Source: Casimicrobiaceae bacterium (lineage in GTDB: Bacteria; Pseudomonadota; Gammaproteobacteria; Burkholderiales; Casimicrobiaceae). Taken from it: DNA of 64,000 bases. Both the position numbers and the translations under genes were made by a program. The notes under the pieces are model-generated. The model was given only the letters and a program-made list of their open reading frames with translations. It had not been told where the DNA came from and searched no databases. Below, piece after piece: positions 20,509 to 29,543 of the stretch. How positions within the stretch are numbered: the first letter of the stretch is position 1; every line of letters begins with the position of its first letter. Location: positions 10,367-74,366 of the forward strand of contig DASURV010000077.1 of NCBI GenBank assembly GCA_036375455.1, written 5' to 3'.

Positions 20509-21834
20509 TCAGCCTTGTGCCGGGAAGCGCACGCGCACGACCAGACCGCTGCCTTGCGGCGGCGCGTCGAGCGTGATCGTCGCGCGATGCGCATCGGCGA
20601 TCCGCCGCACGATCGACAGGCCGAGCCCGCTGCCGGATTCCTCGTTCACCGCACCGCGGTAGAAGCGGTCGAACACCCGCTCGCGCTCCTCGGGCGCGAT
20701 GCCAGGGCCGCTGTCGGCAACGGCGAGCGTCACGGCGGCGTCGTCGCGATCCACCGCCACGTCGATGCGCCCGCCGCGCGGCGTGTAGCGCAGCGCGTTG
20801 TCGAGCAGGTTGGAAAGCAGGATCGCGAGGCTCGCAGGGTCGCCGGAGACCGTGGCGGGCGTCGCGCGCGCGAGACCGAGATCGATCGACTTGTCCGCGG
20901 CGAGCGCCGCGCGGGCGACGATCGCGTCCTTCGCGAGTGCGACGAGATCGCAGTCGGTGCGCTTTTGCGGCATCGCTTCCGGCTCGACGCGCGCGAGCGT
21001 CATGAGCTGCTCGACGACGTGCGACGTGCGCGCCACGCCCGCCTCGAGGTCGTCGAGCGCGGCGGCCAGCGCGGCGGGCTGCGTCGCGCGACGCGCCAGA
21101 TCGAGCTGGAGCTTGAGGGCGGCGAGCGGCGTGCGCAGCTCGTGCGCGGCGTCGGCGGTGAACCGGCGCTGCGCGGCAAGCGCCCCGGCGAGCCGTTCGA
21201 GCAGACCGTTCAGGCTCGCGACGAGCGGGCGCAGCTCGTCGGGCAATCCGGTCTCCGCCAGCGGCGCGAGCGCATCCGGTCGCCGCTTCGCGACCGCGCG
21301 CGACATCGTGTCGAGCGGCAGGAGCCCGCGTCCCACGCCCATCCAGATCAGCACGCCGAAGAACGGGATCAGCGCGAGGAACGGCACCAGCGTGCGCAGC
21401 GCCGTCTGCGTCGCGATCGCCTCGCGCTCGTCCTGCGCCTGCGCGACCTGCAGTGCGTGCGATCCCTGCACCATCGTGTAGACGCGCCAGTCGCGACCGT
21501 CGAGGCGCACCGTCGAATAGCCTCCGGTGGCCGGCACCGGCAGGCCCATGCCGGGCTGCGTCCAGTAGACGAGCACGCCGTCGCGGTCCCAGATCTGCGT
21601 GACGAGCTCGGTGATGCCGGTCGCGGACGGCGCCTGCGGCGCAGCGAAGCCGGGGCGGCGGCCGCGCAGCAGGTCGTCGATGCGCGTCGAATACGCGAGC
21701 TGCTTCAGTTGCAGGTCGAGCAAGTCGCCGACCTCGCGCCGCGCGGCGAGATAGGTGACGCCGGCGGCGACGAGCGCGCTCGCGGCGAGCCCGGCCAGCA
21801 GCCAGACGAGCAGCGTGCGGCGCATCGAATACAT
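20509..21834 (-). CDS. QseC/PmrB-like sensor histidine kinase
   Basis: Two TM segments, FTADAAHELRTPL H-box, NLLDNALRY, DSGPGI, GSGLGL. Confidence 0.93.
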   Translation of the reverse strand: MYSMRRTLLVWLLAGLAASALVAAGVTYLAARREVGDLLDLQLKQLAYSTRIDDLLRGRRPGFAAPQAPSATGITELVTQIWDRDGVLVYWTQPGMGLPVPATGGYSTVRLDGRDWRVYTMVQGSHALQVAQAQDEREAIATQTALRTLVPFLALIPFFGVLIWMGVGRGLLPLDTMSRAVAKRRPDALAPLAETGLPDELRPLVASLNGLLERLAGALAAQRRFTADAAHELRTPLAALKLQLDLARRATQPAALAAALDDLEAGVARTSHVVEQLMTLARVEPEAMPQKRTDCDLVALAKDAIVARAALAADKSIDLGLARATPATVSGDPASLAILLSNLLDNALRYTPRGGRIDVAVDRDDAAVTLAVADSGPGIAPEERERVFDRFYRGAVNEESGSGLGLSIVRRIADAHRATITLDAPPQGSGLVVRVRFPAQG

Positions 21835-21861
21835 CAGGCGCGGTACCTCACGCGCAATCGC

Positions 21862-22521
21862 TCAGGCGAGCGCGTAGCCGACTCCCCGCAGCGTGCGGAT
21901 CGTCTCGCTGCCCAGCTTCTTGCGCAGGTTGTGGATGTGGACCTCGACGGCATTGCTCTCGACCTCGTCGCCCCAGCGATAGATGCGCTCCTCGAGCTGC
22001 GCCTTCGACAGCGCCGCTCCGGGCCGCTCGAGCAGCGCGGCGAGCAGCGCGAACTCGCGTGCCGACACGTCGACCGCCCGCCCCGCCTGCGTCACCACGC
22101 GCGTGCGCGTGTCGAGCGCGAGATCGCGGTGGCGCAGCACGTTGTCCTCGCGCGCGATGTCGCGGCGCAGAAGCGCGCGCATCCGCGCCGTCAGCTCGTC
22201 GAGGCTGAACGGCTTCGTCAGGTAATCGTCGGCTCCCGCATCGAGCCCCGCGACGCGATCGGCCACGGCGTCGCGCGCGGTCACGATCAGCACGCGCACG
22301 CGACTGCCCGCGCGGCGCAGCTCGCGCAACAGCTCGAGACCGCTCTTGCGCGGCAGTCCGAGGTCCAGCAGCACCAGTGCGTAGGCGTCCTGCGCCGTGG
22401 CGATCGCGGTCTTCGCCGCGTCGCCGTCGGTCACCCGGTCGACGGCGTAGCCGTCCTGCTGCAGCGCCTGCTGCAGTGTCTTGCCGATCATCGGGTCGTC
22501 TTCGACGAGCAGGATGCGCAT
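21862..22521 (-). CDS. QseB/PmrA-like OmpR-family response regulator
   Basis: ILLVEDD, LLDLGLP, GADDYLTKPF, NAVEVHIHNLRKKL, TLRGVGY. Confidence 0.95.
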   Translation of the reverse strand: MRILLVEDDPMIGKTLQQALQQDGYAVDRVTDGDAAKTAIATAQDAYALVLLDLGLPRKSGLELLRELRRAGSRVRVLIVTARDAVADRVAGLDAGADDYLTKPFSLDELTARMRALLRRDIAREDNVLRHRDLALDTRTRVVTQAGRAVDVSAREFALLAALLERPGAALSKAQLEERIYRWGDEVESNAVEVHIHNLRKKLGSETIRTLRGVGYALA

Positions 22522-22540
22522 GGCGGTGACCCCGTAGCCG

Positions 22541-22573
22541 ATTGTACGGTGCCGGGCTTAAGCTACGCTGAAG
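22541..22573 (-). promoter_or_regulatory. Response-regulator promoter: CTTAAG-N5-CTGAAG box plus -10 TACAAT (probable autoregulation)
   Basis: CTTAAG 22557-22562, CTGAAG 22568-22573; minus-strand TACAAT 22546-22541; same spacing as protease promoter. Confidence 0.65.
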
Positions 22574-22629
22574 GGCGCGGCGCGCGCACGATCGGATGCG
22601 GCAGCCCGCGCCGGCCGCAGGAGGCGCCG

Positions 22630-24345
22630 ATGTCCATCGACCAGGTCCGGGCGAGCGCCGCGACGCCGCGCGTCGACGAAGGCTCCGCCGCGCGCGCGGG
22701 CGAGGAGAAGCTCGTCCGCCACTTCCGGCAGATCCTCCTGTGGCCGCTGCAGCTCGCGCCGATTCGCGAAGGCGCGCAGATCCAGGAGCACTGGGAGGTG
22801 CTCGCGCGCGCCGGCGCCGAGAACGCGTGGGGCGAGGTGCGCGACGAGTTTCGCGGCGGGGCCGCGGGCTTCCAGCAGCGCCACTACGGCGAGTTCGTCA
22901 CGTTCCTTCCCTACGTGCGCCGCTTCCTGTACGGCGATGCCAAGGGCCGCGGCGGCGGCGCCTGCGAGTCGCCGATCCGCGTGTTCCGCCGCAACGACGT
23001 CGCGAAGGTGCGAATGACGTTTCCGGGGCGCGCGGCGCCGGTCACCTTCAACGTCGCACACGTCGACCTGTGCTTCTTCTACGACGTCGACGTCGTGATT
23101 CTCGTCGTCGAGATCTTCGGCGACGACGTCGCGCTGCGGCTCGCGCAGGACACGATGTATCGCTTCGGCCGCGCCTACCCGACGTATTGGCACGGCGATG
23201 GCGCGGGCGGCCACTGCCTGCGGCACGTCGAGTGGCTGTCGGCCGCTGGCGAGGCACTGGCCGCGTCGGATTACGAGCAGAAGGACAGGTACCTCGCGTT
23301 CGTCGGCGAGCATCGCGCGCCGTGCTTCGCGTCGCACTGGCGCTTCCTGCTGCGGCCGCTCGTGCCGGACCACTCGGACGAGAAGGGCCAGATCCGCTAC
23401 CGCCAGATCGAGTACGGGCGCATGCCGCTGCTCGCGTATCTCGCGATGGACGACGTGCGCGCGCTGACGCGTGCCGACTTCGTGCGGCTCGGCCTGGTGA
23501 CGGCGCCCGGGGCCTCGCAGGCGCTGCCCTATGCGGCGAGCTACATCGAGGATTTCGAGCGGCGCTATTGCTACGACCAGTACTGGAACGAAAGCCGCGA
23601 CGGCCGCCCGGGATCGCGGACGATGTGCTGCGGCCATGCCTTCGCGATGGTGGGCGATGCGCACGAGCCGTTCTTCGTCGACCGCGACGGCGGACTGCTC
23701 GGGCAGTTCCGGCACCAGTACTTCCTGCTGTTCCTGATTCCGCACATCCACAAGGCCACGCTGCTGATGCTCGGCGACCGGATGGCCGACGCGCTCAACC
23801 GCCTCGACATCCGCGATCCGGAATCGGTCAGGCGGTTCAAGCGCGGCATCCGCCAGCTCCTCGAGATCTTCCTGCGCTTCACGCACCGCTACTGGTTCCA
23901 CGAGGTATCGGACCAGCCGCAGGCGCGCGAGCTGTACCGGATGACCGCCGGCTATCTCGGCACCGATCGGCTGTATACGGAGATCCGCGAGCGGATCGAG
24001 GACATGAGCGGGTACCTCGAAACCGATACGCTGCGCCGGCAGGCGAACACGGTGGTGCGGCTCACCGTCGTCACGACGTTCGGGCTGATCGGGACCGTGG
24101 CGACCGGGTTCCTCGGCATGAACCTCTTCGCGCTCGCGGACGCGCCGGTTGCCGACCGGTTGCTGTATTTCCTGGCGGTGCTGGCGCCGACGGTGATCCT
24201 TACGCTCTACACGATCGTCAAGTCGAAGCGGCTGTCGGATTTCCTCGAAGCGCTGTCCGACGAGCGGCTCCCGGCGCGCGCCAAGCTCGCCAGCCTGCTC
24301 GCGGTGTGGCAGCGCCGCGGCGCGCCAGGGGCGCGGGAGAAATAG
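22630..24345 (+). CDS. Divergent CorA-family membrane protein with large soluble N-terminal domain (571 aa)
   Basis: C-terminal two TM helices with FLGMN signature; AGGAGG RBS before ATG 22630. Confidence 0.8.
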   Translation: MSIDQVRASAATPRVDEGSAARAGEEKLVRHFRQILLWPLQLAPIREGAQIQEHWEVLARAGAENAWGEVRDEFRGGAAGFQQRHYGEFVTFLPYVRRFLYGDAKGRGGGACESPIRVFRRNDVAKVRMTFPGRAAPVTFNVAHVDLCFFYDVDVVILVVEIFGDDVALRLAQDTMYRFGRAYPTYWHGDGAGGHCLRHVEWLSAAGEALAASDYEQKDRYLAFVGEHRAPCFASHWRFLLRPLVPDHSDEKGQIRYRQIEYGRMPLLAYLAMDDVRALTRADFVRLGLVTAPGASQALPYAASYIEDFERRYCYDQYWNESRDGRPGSRTMCCGHAFAMVGDAHEPFFVDRDGGLLGQFRHQYFLLFLIPHIHKATLLMLGDRMADALNRLDIRDPESVRRFKRGIRQLLEIFLRFTHRYWFHEVSDQPQARELYRMTAGYLGTDRLYTEIRERIEDMSGYLETDTLRRQANTVVRLTVVTTFGLIGTVATGFLGMNLFALADAPVADRLLYFLAVLAPTVILTLYTIVKSKRLSDFLEALSDERLPARAKLASLLAVWQRRGAPGAREK

Positions 24346-24404
24346 CGAGTCACCTGCATCCGGGCGTGCCGTCGCCGCGTACCGTGATCGAAAGGGGACG
24401 CGCG

Positions 24405-25601
24405 ATGGCGGGGTGGCGGGTGGCGATGAAGGCGGTCGCGGTGGCGGTGCTGGCGCCGGCGGTGGCGTTGGCGCTGGCGCCCGGCGATGCCGCGGCGAAG
24501 CCGTTCGTCCCCGACCGCGACACGCTCGTGCTCGAGCAGTTGCCGGAGAAGGGCGATGCGTCGCTGGCGCGGCTCAAACGTCTGCGCGCGGCGCTGCGCG
24601 CCAACCCCCGCGACCTCGCGATCGCCGTCCCGGTCGCCCGGCAGGCGCTCGAAGCGGCGCGCGAGTTCGGCGACCCGCGCTTTCTCGGCCAGGCGCAGGC
24701 CGCGCTCGCGCCCTGGTGGAGCGGCGACGACGTGCCGCACGCGGCGCTGCTGCTGCGCGCGACGGTCAAGCAGAGCCGGCACGACTTCGACGGTGCGCTC
24801 GCCGATCTTTCGCGCCTGATCGCGGCGCAGCCCGATCTCGCGCAGGCGCGGCTCACGCGGGCAACCGTGCTCGCCGTGCGCGGACGCTACGCGGAGGCGC
24901 TCGACGACTGCGCGAGGCTCGCGCCGCGCGTCCCGGCGATCGTCGTTGCGGGGTGCGAGGCCGCGCCGGCGAGCCTTTCCGGGCGCGCCGTGCCCGCTTA
25001 CGCCGCGCTCGTCCGTGCGCTGGAGCGCGCGGACGGCGATCCGATCCTGCGCGGATGGGCGCTCACGCTTGCCGCCGAGATCGCGGCGCGGCTCGGCGAC
25101 GCCGCGGCGGCCGAGCGGTTCTTTCGCGACGCCCGCGCCACCGATGCCCGCGACGCGTACCTGAAGGCGGCGTATGCGGATTTCCTGCTCGACCAGGGAC
25201 GGCCGCAGGACGTCGTGCCGCTGCTGGCCGCAGAGACGAAGAACGACGCGCTGCTGCTGCGCCTTGCGCTCGCCGAGCAGCGCCTGCCGGATCGGCGCGA
25301 CGCATTCGCTACGCACCGCAGCGACCTCGCCGCGCGCTTCGACGCCGCGCGCCGGCGCGGCGATGCGTTGCACCTGCGCGAGGAGGCGCGGTTTCGCCTC
25401 ACGCTGGTGGGGGACGCCGAAGGCGCACTGCGACTTGCGCGCGATAACTGGGCGGTGCAGCGCGAGCCGGCGGACCTGCGTATCCTGCTCGACGCGGCGC
25501 GTGCGACGCGTGATGCCGCCGCGCTGCGGGTCGCCGCGGACTGGGTGGCCGCGAACCGGCTCGAGGACGTGACCGTCGTAATGCCGCAGGCACGGCGATG
25601 A
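24405..25601 (+). CDS. Exported TPR-like repeat protein
   Basis: Signal peptide, GDPRFLGQAQAAL, QSRHDFDGA, HLREEARF, ARDNWAVQREPAD. Confidence 0.75.
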   Translation: MAGWRVAMKAVAVAVLAPAVALALAPGDAAAKPFVPDRDTLVLEQLPEKGDASLARLKRLRAALRANPRDLAIAVPVARQALEAAREFGDPRFLGQAQAALAPWWSGDDVPHAALLLRATVKQSRHDFDGALADLSRLIAAQPDLAQARLTRATVLAVRGRYAEALDDCARLAPRVPAIVVAGCEAAPASLSGRAVPAYAALVRALERADGDPILRGWALTLAAEIAARLGDAAAAERFFRDARATDARDAYLKAAYADFLLDQGRPQDVVPLLAAETKNDALLLRLALAEQRLPDRRDAFATHRSDLAARFDAARRRGDALHLREEARFRLTLVGDAEGALRLARDNWAVQREPADLRILLDAARATRDAAALRVAADWVAANRLEDVTVVMPQARR

Positions 25602-26734
25602 AGCGGATCGTGCTGCTCGCGGTGCTGGTGCTGCTCGGCGGGCCGGCAGCGGCGCACAAGGCGAGCGATGCCTATCTGACGCTGGAGCGCGACGGGCAGG
25701 CGCTGCGCGGCCGGTGGGACATCGCGCTGCGCGATCTCGACAACGCGCTCGGCCTGGATGCCGACGGCGACGGCGACGTCACGTGGCGCGAAGTGCGCAC
25801 GCGGCACGCCGACATCGCGGCGTATGCGCTGTCGCGCCTCGGCGTGTCCTCGGGCGGCGAGCGCTGCGGGCTCACCGTCACCGGGCACCTGATCGACACG
25901 CACGCCGACGGCGCGTACGCCGTGCTGATGCTCGAGGGGCGCTGCCCGCAGTCCGGCCCGACGCTCGCGCTCGCTTACACGCTGTTCGCGGATGTCGATC
26001 CGCAGCATCGCGGACTGCTGAACTTCGTCGAGGATGGCGCGAGCCGCAGCGCCGTCTTCGGCGCCGACGCGCCGCGCCGCATCGTCGGGGGCGATGCCGG
26101 CGGACGCTGGATGCAGCTCGCGACGTACGTGAACGAAGGCATCCGGCACATCTGGACCGGGTTCGACCACGTCCTGTTCCTGCTGTCGCTGCTGCTGCCC
26201 GCGGTGTTCGTCCGCGAAGGGCGACGCTGGCGGCCCGCCGCGTCGTTTCGCGAGGCGTTCGTCGACGTCGCGAAGGTCGTGACGGCGTTCACGCTCGCGC
26301 ACTCGATCACGCTGTCGCTCGCCGCGCTTGCGATCGTCGTCCTGCCGTCGCGCCTGGTGGAATCCGGCATTGCGCTGTCGGTCGTGCTCGCCGCGCTGAA
26401 CAACCTGTTCCCGGTCGTCGCCAGCGGGCGCTGGGTGGCGGCGTTCGCCTTCGGTCTGCTGCATGGCTTCGGTTTCGCGGGCGCGCTGCAGGACCTGGGG
26501 CTGCCGCCGGGGTCGCTCGCGCTGTCCCTCTTCGGCTTCAATGCGGGCGTCGAGGCCGGGCAGCTCGCGATCGTCGCGGTCTTTCTTCCGCTCGCCTACG
26601 CGGTCCGCGCGACGTGGGGCTTCCGGCGGCTGGTCTTCGCAGGCGGCTCGGCGGCGATCGCCGCGGTCGCCGCGGTCTGGCTCGTCGAGCGTACCTTCGA
26701 CGTGAGCGCGCTCGGCGCGCTCGCCGCGCGCTGA
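25598..26734 (+). CDS. HupE/UreJ family membrane protein with periplasmic N-terminal domain
   Basis: GIRHIWTGFDHVLFL, TAFTLAHSITL, FGLLHGFGFA, FNAGVEAGQ; ATGA overlap with TPR gene. Confidence 0.9.
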   Translation: MKRIVLLAVLVLLGGPAAAHKASDAYLTLERDGQALRGRWDIALRDLDNALGLDADGDGDVTWREVRTRHADIAAYALSRLGVSSGGERCGLTVTGHLIDTHADGAYAVLMLEGRCPQSGPTLALAYTLFADVDPQHRGLLNFVEDGASRSAVFGADAPRRIVGGDAGGRWMQLATYVNEGIRHIWTGFDHVLFLLSLLLPAVFVREGRRWRPAASFREAFVDVAKVVTAFTLAHSITLSLAALAIVVLPSRLVESGIALSVVLAALNNLFPVVASGRWVAAFAFGLLHGFGFAGALQDLGLPPGSLALSLFGFNAGVEAGQLAIVAVFLPLAYAVRATWGFRRLVFAGGSAAIAAVAAVWLVERTFDVSALGALAAR

Positions 26735-26745
26735 TCGCGATGCCG

Positions 26746-27642
26746 CTACATCGACCCGCGCGCGAATGCCGGCGCGAGCACCCGCGCGGCGCGGCCGGAC
26801 GCCGCCGGCTCCTTCAGCGTGATCCGCCAGAGCGTCCGCGGCTGCGCGGGGTCGACCAGCGTGGCGGAATGCAGCAGCGACGCATTGTCCCAGATGACGA
26901 CGTCGCCGACGCCATAGCGGAGCCGGAGCCGGTACTTCGGCTGCGTCGCGTGCGCGGCGAGCCCGTCGAGCAGCGCGCAGGCCTCGTCGTCCGCCATGCC
27001 GACGATGCCGAACGAGCTTCCCGACACCGCATACAGCGCCTTGCGCCCGGTCACCGGGTGCGTGCGCACGATCGGGTGCGTGACGAGCGGCATCTGCGCC
27101 TTCTGCGCCTCGGTCAGCACCGACGCGACGGTGCGGCTTGCGGCGTTCTGGTCGTTGCGGTTGCCGTAATGGTGGATCGCGAGCAGCGGCTCGAGGCGGC
27201 GCTTCGTCGTGGCCTCGAGATCGTCGTAGGCCGCGTACTGGTTCGCGAACAGCGTGTCGCCCCCGACCGCAGGGACCTCGATCGAATACAGCGTCGTCGC
27301 GCGTGCCGGGACGGCGAGGTACGAATAATCGGTGTGGAAATAGGTCCCCGCGTCGGCGAGCCCCAGCGGCCTGCCGTTGTCGACGCGGTTCGACAGGATG
27401 AGGATGCTGGCGTCCGCCGGATGGTGGAACTGGTCGATCACGTGCGGCTCGGGCGGGCCGAAGCGACGCGCGAACGCGACGAATTGCGACGGCGCGAGCT
27501 TCTGGCCGCGAAACGCCAGCACCTGGCCCGCGAAGAACGCGCGCTCGACGGCGGCGAACGCCGCGTCGTCGAGCGGCTGCGCGAGATCGAGATCGCGCGT
27601 TTCGAGGCCGAAGCCGGGCGCGAGCGGGCGGGTGGCGAACAT
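26746..27642 (-). CDS. TauD/TfdA family Fe(II)/2-oxoglutarate dioxygenase
   Basis: HTD...H facial triad (FHTDYSY; WDNASLLH), GGDTLFAN, HPIVRTHPVTGRKAL. Confidence 0.92.
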   Translation of the reverse strand: MFATRPLAPGFGLETRDLDLAQPLDDAAFAAVERAFFAGQVLAFRGQKLAPSQFVAFARRFGPPEPHVIDQFHHPADASILILSNRVDNGRPLGLADAGTYFHTDYSYLAVPARATTLYSIEVPAVGGDTLFANQYAAYDDLEATTKRRLEPLLAIHHYGNRNDQNAASRTVASVLTEAQKAQMPLVTHPIVRTHPVTGRKALYAVSGSSFGIVGMADDEACALLDGLAAHATQPKYRLRLRYGVGDVVIWDNASLLHSATLVDPAQPRTLWRITLKEPAASGRAARVLAPAFARGSM

Positions 27643-27652
27643 GCGGCGATCG

Positions 27653-28972
27653 CTACTTGAGGAAGTCCGGCCGGATCCAGCGCGGCAGGATCAGCGCGAT
27701 CTCCGGCCACAGGATCAGCATCGCCAGCACGACCAGCATCGGCACGAGCATGATCATCGTGTCCTTGAGCGCGTAGCGCAGGCGCACGTTCGCGATCGCG
27801 CACGAGATCAGCAGGCACAGGCCGTAGGGCGGCGTCACGAGCCCGAACGCGAGCGCGACGATGCCGATGATCGCGAACGACACCGGGTGCATGTCGACCG
27901 ACGCCGCCAGCGGCTGGAGCGTCGTGCCGACGATGATGATCGCGGGGATCGCGTCGAGGAAACAGCCGACGACGAGGAACACGACGGCGATGAAGAAGCC
28001 GACGCCGACGAGCCCCAGCCCCCACGAGGTGACGTTCTCGAGCAGCGCCCGCGGTATCTGGAAGTAGGCGAGCAGCCACCCGAACACCGAGGCGGTGCCC
28101 ACGCAGAACAGCGCGACGGCCGAGAGCTTGCCGGTCTCGAGCAGCGCGTGCCACAGATGCCGCCGGTCCATCTCGCGATAGAACCCGAGCGAGAGCACCG
28201 CCGCGTAGATCACCGCGGCGGCCGCGGATTCGGTTGCGGTGAACCAGCCGAGCAGGATGCCGCCGACGATGATGAACGGCGTCATCAGCGCCGGGACCGC
28301 GACCGCCGTCGCACCGAGGAATTCCTTCAGCGTCGCGCGCGGATACGTCGGATAGCGGCGCACCCTGGCGTAGACGTGCACGGTCGCCATCTGCGCCAGG
28401 CCGAGCAGCAGTCCCGGGATCACGCCGGCGAGGTAGAGCGCGCCGATCGACACCGACAGCACACCGCCCCAGACGATCATCAGGATCGACGGCGGGATGA
28501 TCACGGCGAGCACGGCGGAGACCGCGGTGATCGCGATCGAGAACGACAGGTCGTAGCCCTCCTTGACCTGCGCCTCGATGAAGATCTTGCCCTGGCTCGC
28601 GGCGTCGGCCGTCGACGAGCCCGAGATGCCGGCGAAGAACACCGAGAGCAGGACATTGATCTGCGCGAGCGCGCCGGGGAAGTTCCCGACCATCGCGCGT
28701 GACAGCCGCACCAGGCGATCGGTGATGCCGCCGACGTTCATCAGGTTGGCGGTCAGCAGAAAGAACGGCACCGCGAGCAGGATGAACGAGTTGTACGCCT
28801 TGAACGTCGTGTTGAAGACGACGATCGGCGACAGGCGCGGCTCGATGATCAGCACCGGCAGGCAGGCGAGGCCGAGCGCGAACGCGATCGGCACGCGCAG
28901 GACCATCAGCAGGAAGAAGGAGCCGAACAGCAGGGACGCCGCCGCCCCCGGCGACAGCGCGGCGCCCGTCAT
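27653..28972 (-). CDS. TRAP transporter large permease DctM
   Basis: LAVPFF, ISGSSTAD, IIPPS, FTATES, TPPYG. Confidence 0.93.
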   Translation of the reverse strand: MTGAALSPGAAASLLFGSFFLLMVLRVPIAFALGLACLPVLIIEPRLSPIVVFNTTFKAYNSFILLAVPFFLLTANLMNVGGITDRLVRLSRAMVGNFPGALAQINVLLSVFFAGISGSSTADAASQGKIFIEAQVKEGYDLSFSIAITAVSAVLAVIIPPSILMIVWGGVLSVSIGALYLAGVIPGLLLGLAQMATVHVYARVRRYPTYPRATLKEFLGATAVAVPALMTPFIIVGGILLGWFTATESAAAAVIYAAVLSLGFYREMDRRHLWHALLETGKLSAVALFCVGTASVFGWLLAYFQIPRALLENVTSWGLGLVGVGFFIAVVFLVVGCFLDAIPAIIIVGTTLQPLAASVDMHPVSFAIIGIVALAFGLVTPPYGLCLLISCAIANVRLRYALKDTMIMLVPMLVVLAMLILWPEIALILPRWIRPDFLK

Positions 28973-29502
28973 GTCGTGCCGGTCGGCGCCCGCGCCGGAG
29001 CGTGCGGCGGCGGCGCACCGGCCGCCGCGGGCAACCCGCGCAGGATGCGCAGGTCGGCCGCCATCCGCACGCAGCCGAACAGCAGCCACGTGAGGCCGGT
29101 GAGCGGCCACGCCACGAAGATGTACGTCATCGGCATCTCGGCGAGCTCGGAGGTCTGGTCCCAGCCGAACTGCACGAACCGCACGCCATACCACACGAAC
29201 ACCAGCGCGAAGACGAGGATGAATGCGTACGAGACGAGCCGCAGCAGCGCGTTGGCCCTCGGCCCGAGCTCCGGCCACACGTCGACCTCGAAATGCGTGC
29301 CGTCGCGAACGCCGATCATCGCGCCGAGCATGACCATCCAGATGAACAGGAACCGCGCCATCTCCTCGGTCCAGATCCAATGGGGAATCAGGCCCGTGAA
29401 GCGCGCGACGATCTGCAGCGTCACCGGCACGAGCAGCGTCGCGACGCTGACTCCCAGCAAGCCGTTGAGCAGGCGGTAGTAGGCGGCGGTGAGGCGGTGC
29501 AT
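28969..29502 (-). CDS. TRAP transporter small permease DctQ
   Basis: WTEEMARFLFIWMVMLGA, four TM segments. Confidence 0.9.
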   Translation of the reverse strand: MHRLTAAYYRLLNGLLGVSVATLLVPVTLQIVARFTGLIPHWIWTEEMARFLFIWMVMLGAMIGVRDGTHFEVDVWPELGPRANALLRLVSYAFILVFALVFVWYGVRFVQFGWDQTSELAEMPMTYIFVAWPLTGLTWLLFGCVRMAADLRILRGLPAAAGAPPPHAPARAPTGTT

Positions 29503-29543
29503 CGGCGTCCGCACGGCGTTGCCGCCGGCGATCGGCGCTCGCG

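Noticed and set aside
20374-24345. 1323-aa ORF and other very long ORFs in the track (8931-12077, 22596-25601, 44290-47727, 47605-50349)
   Set aside because: Shadow frames of high-GC DNA: Arg/Ala-rich N-terminal parts overlap well-supported genes; at most the C-terminal portions are real
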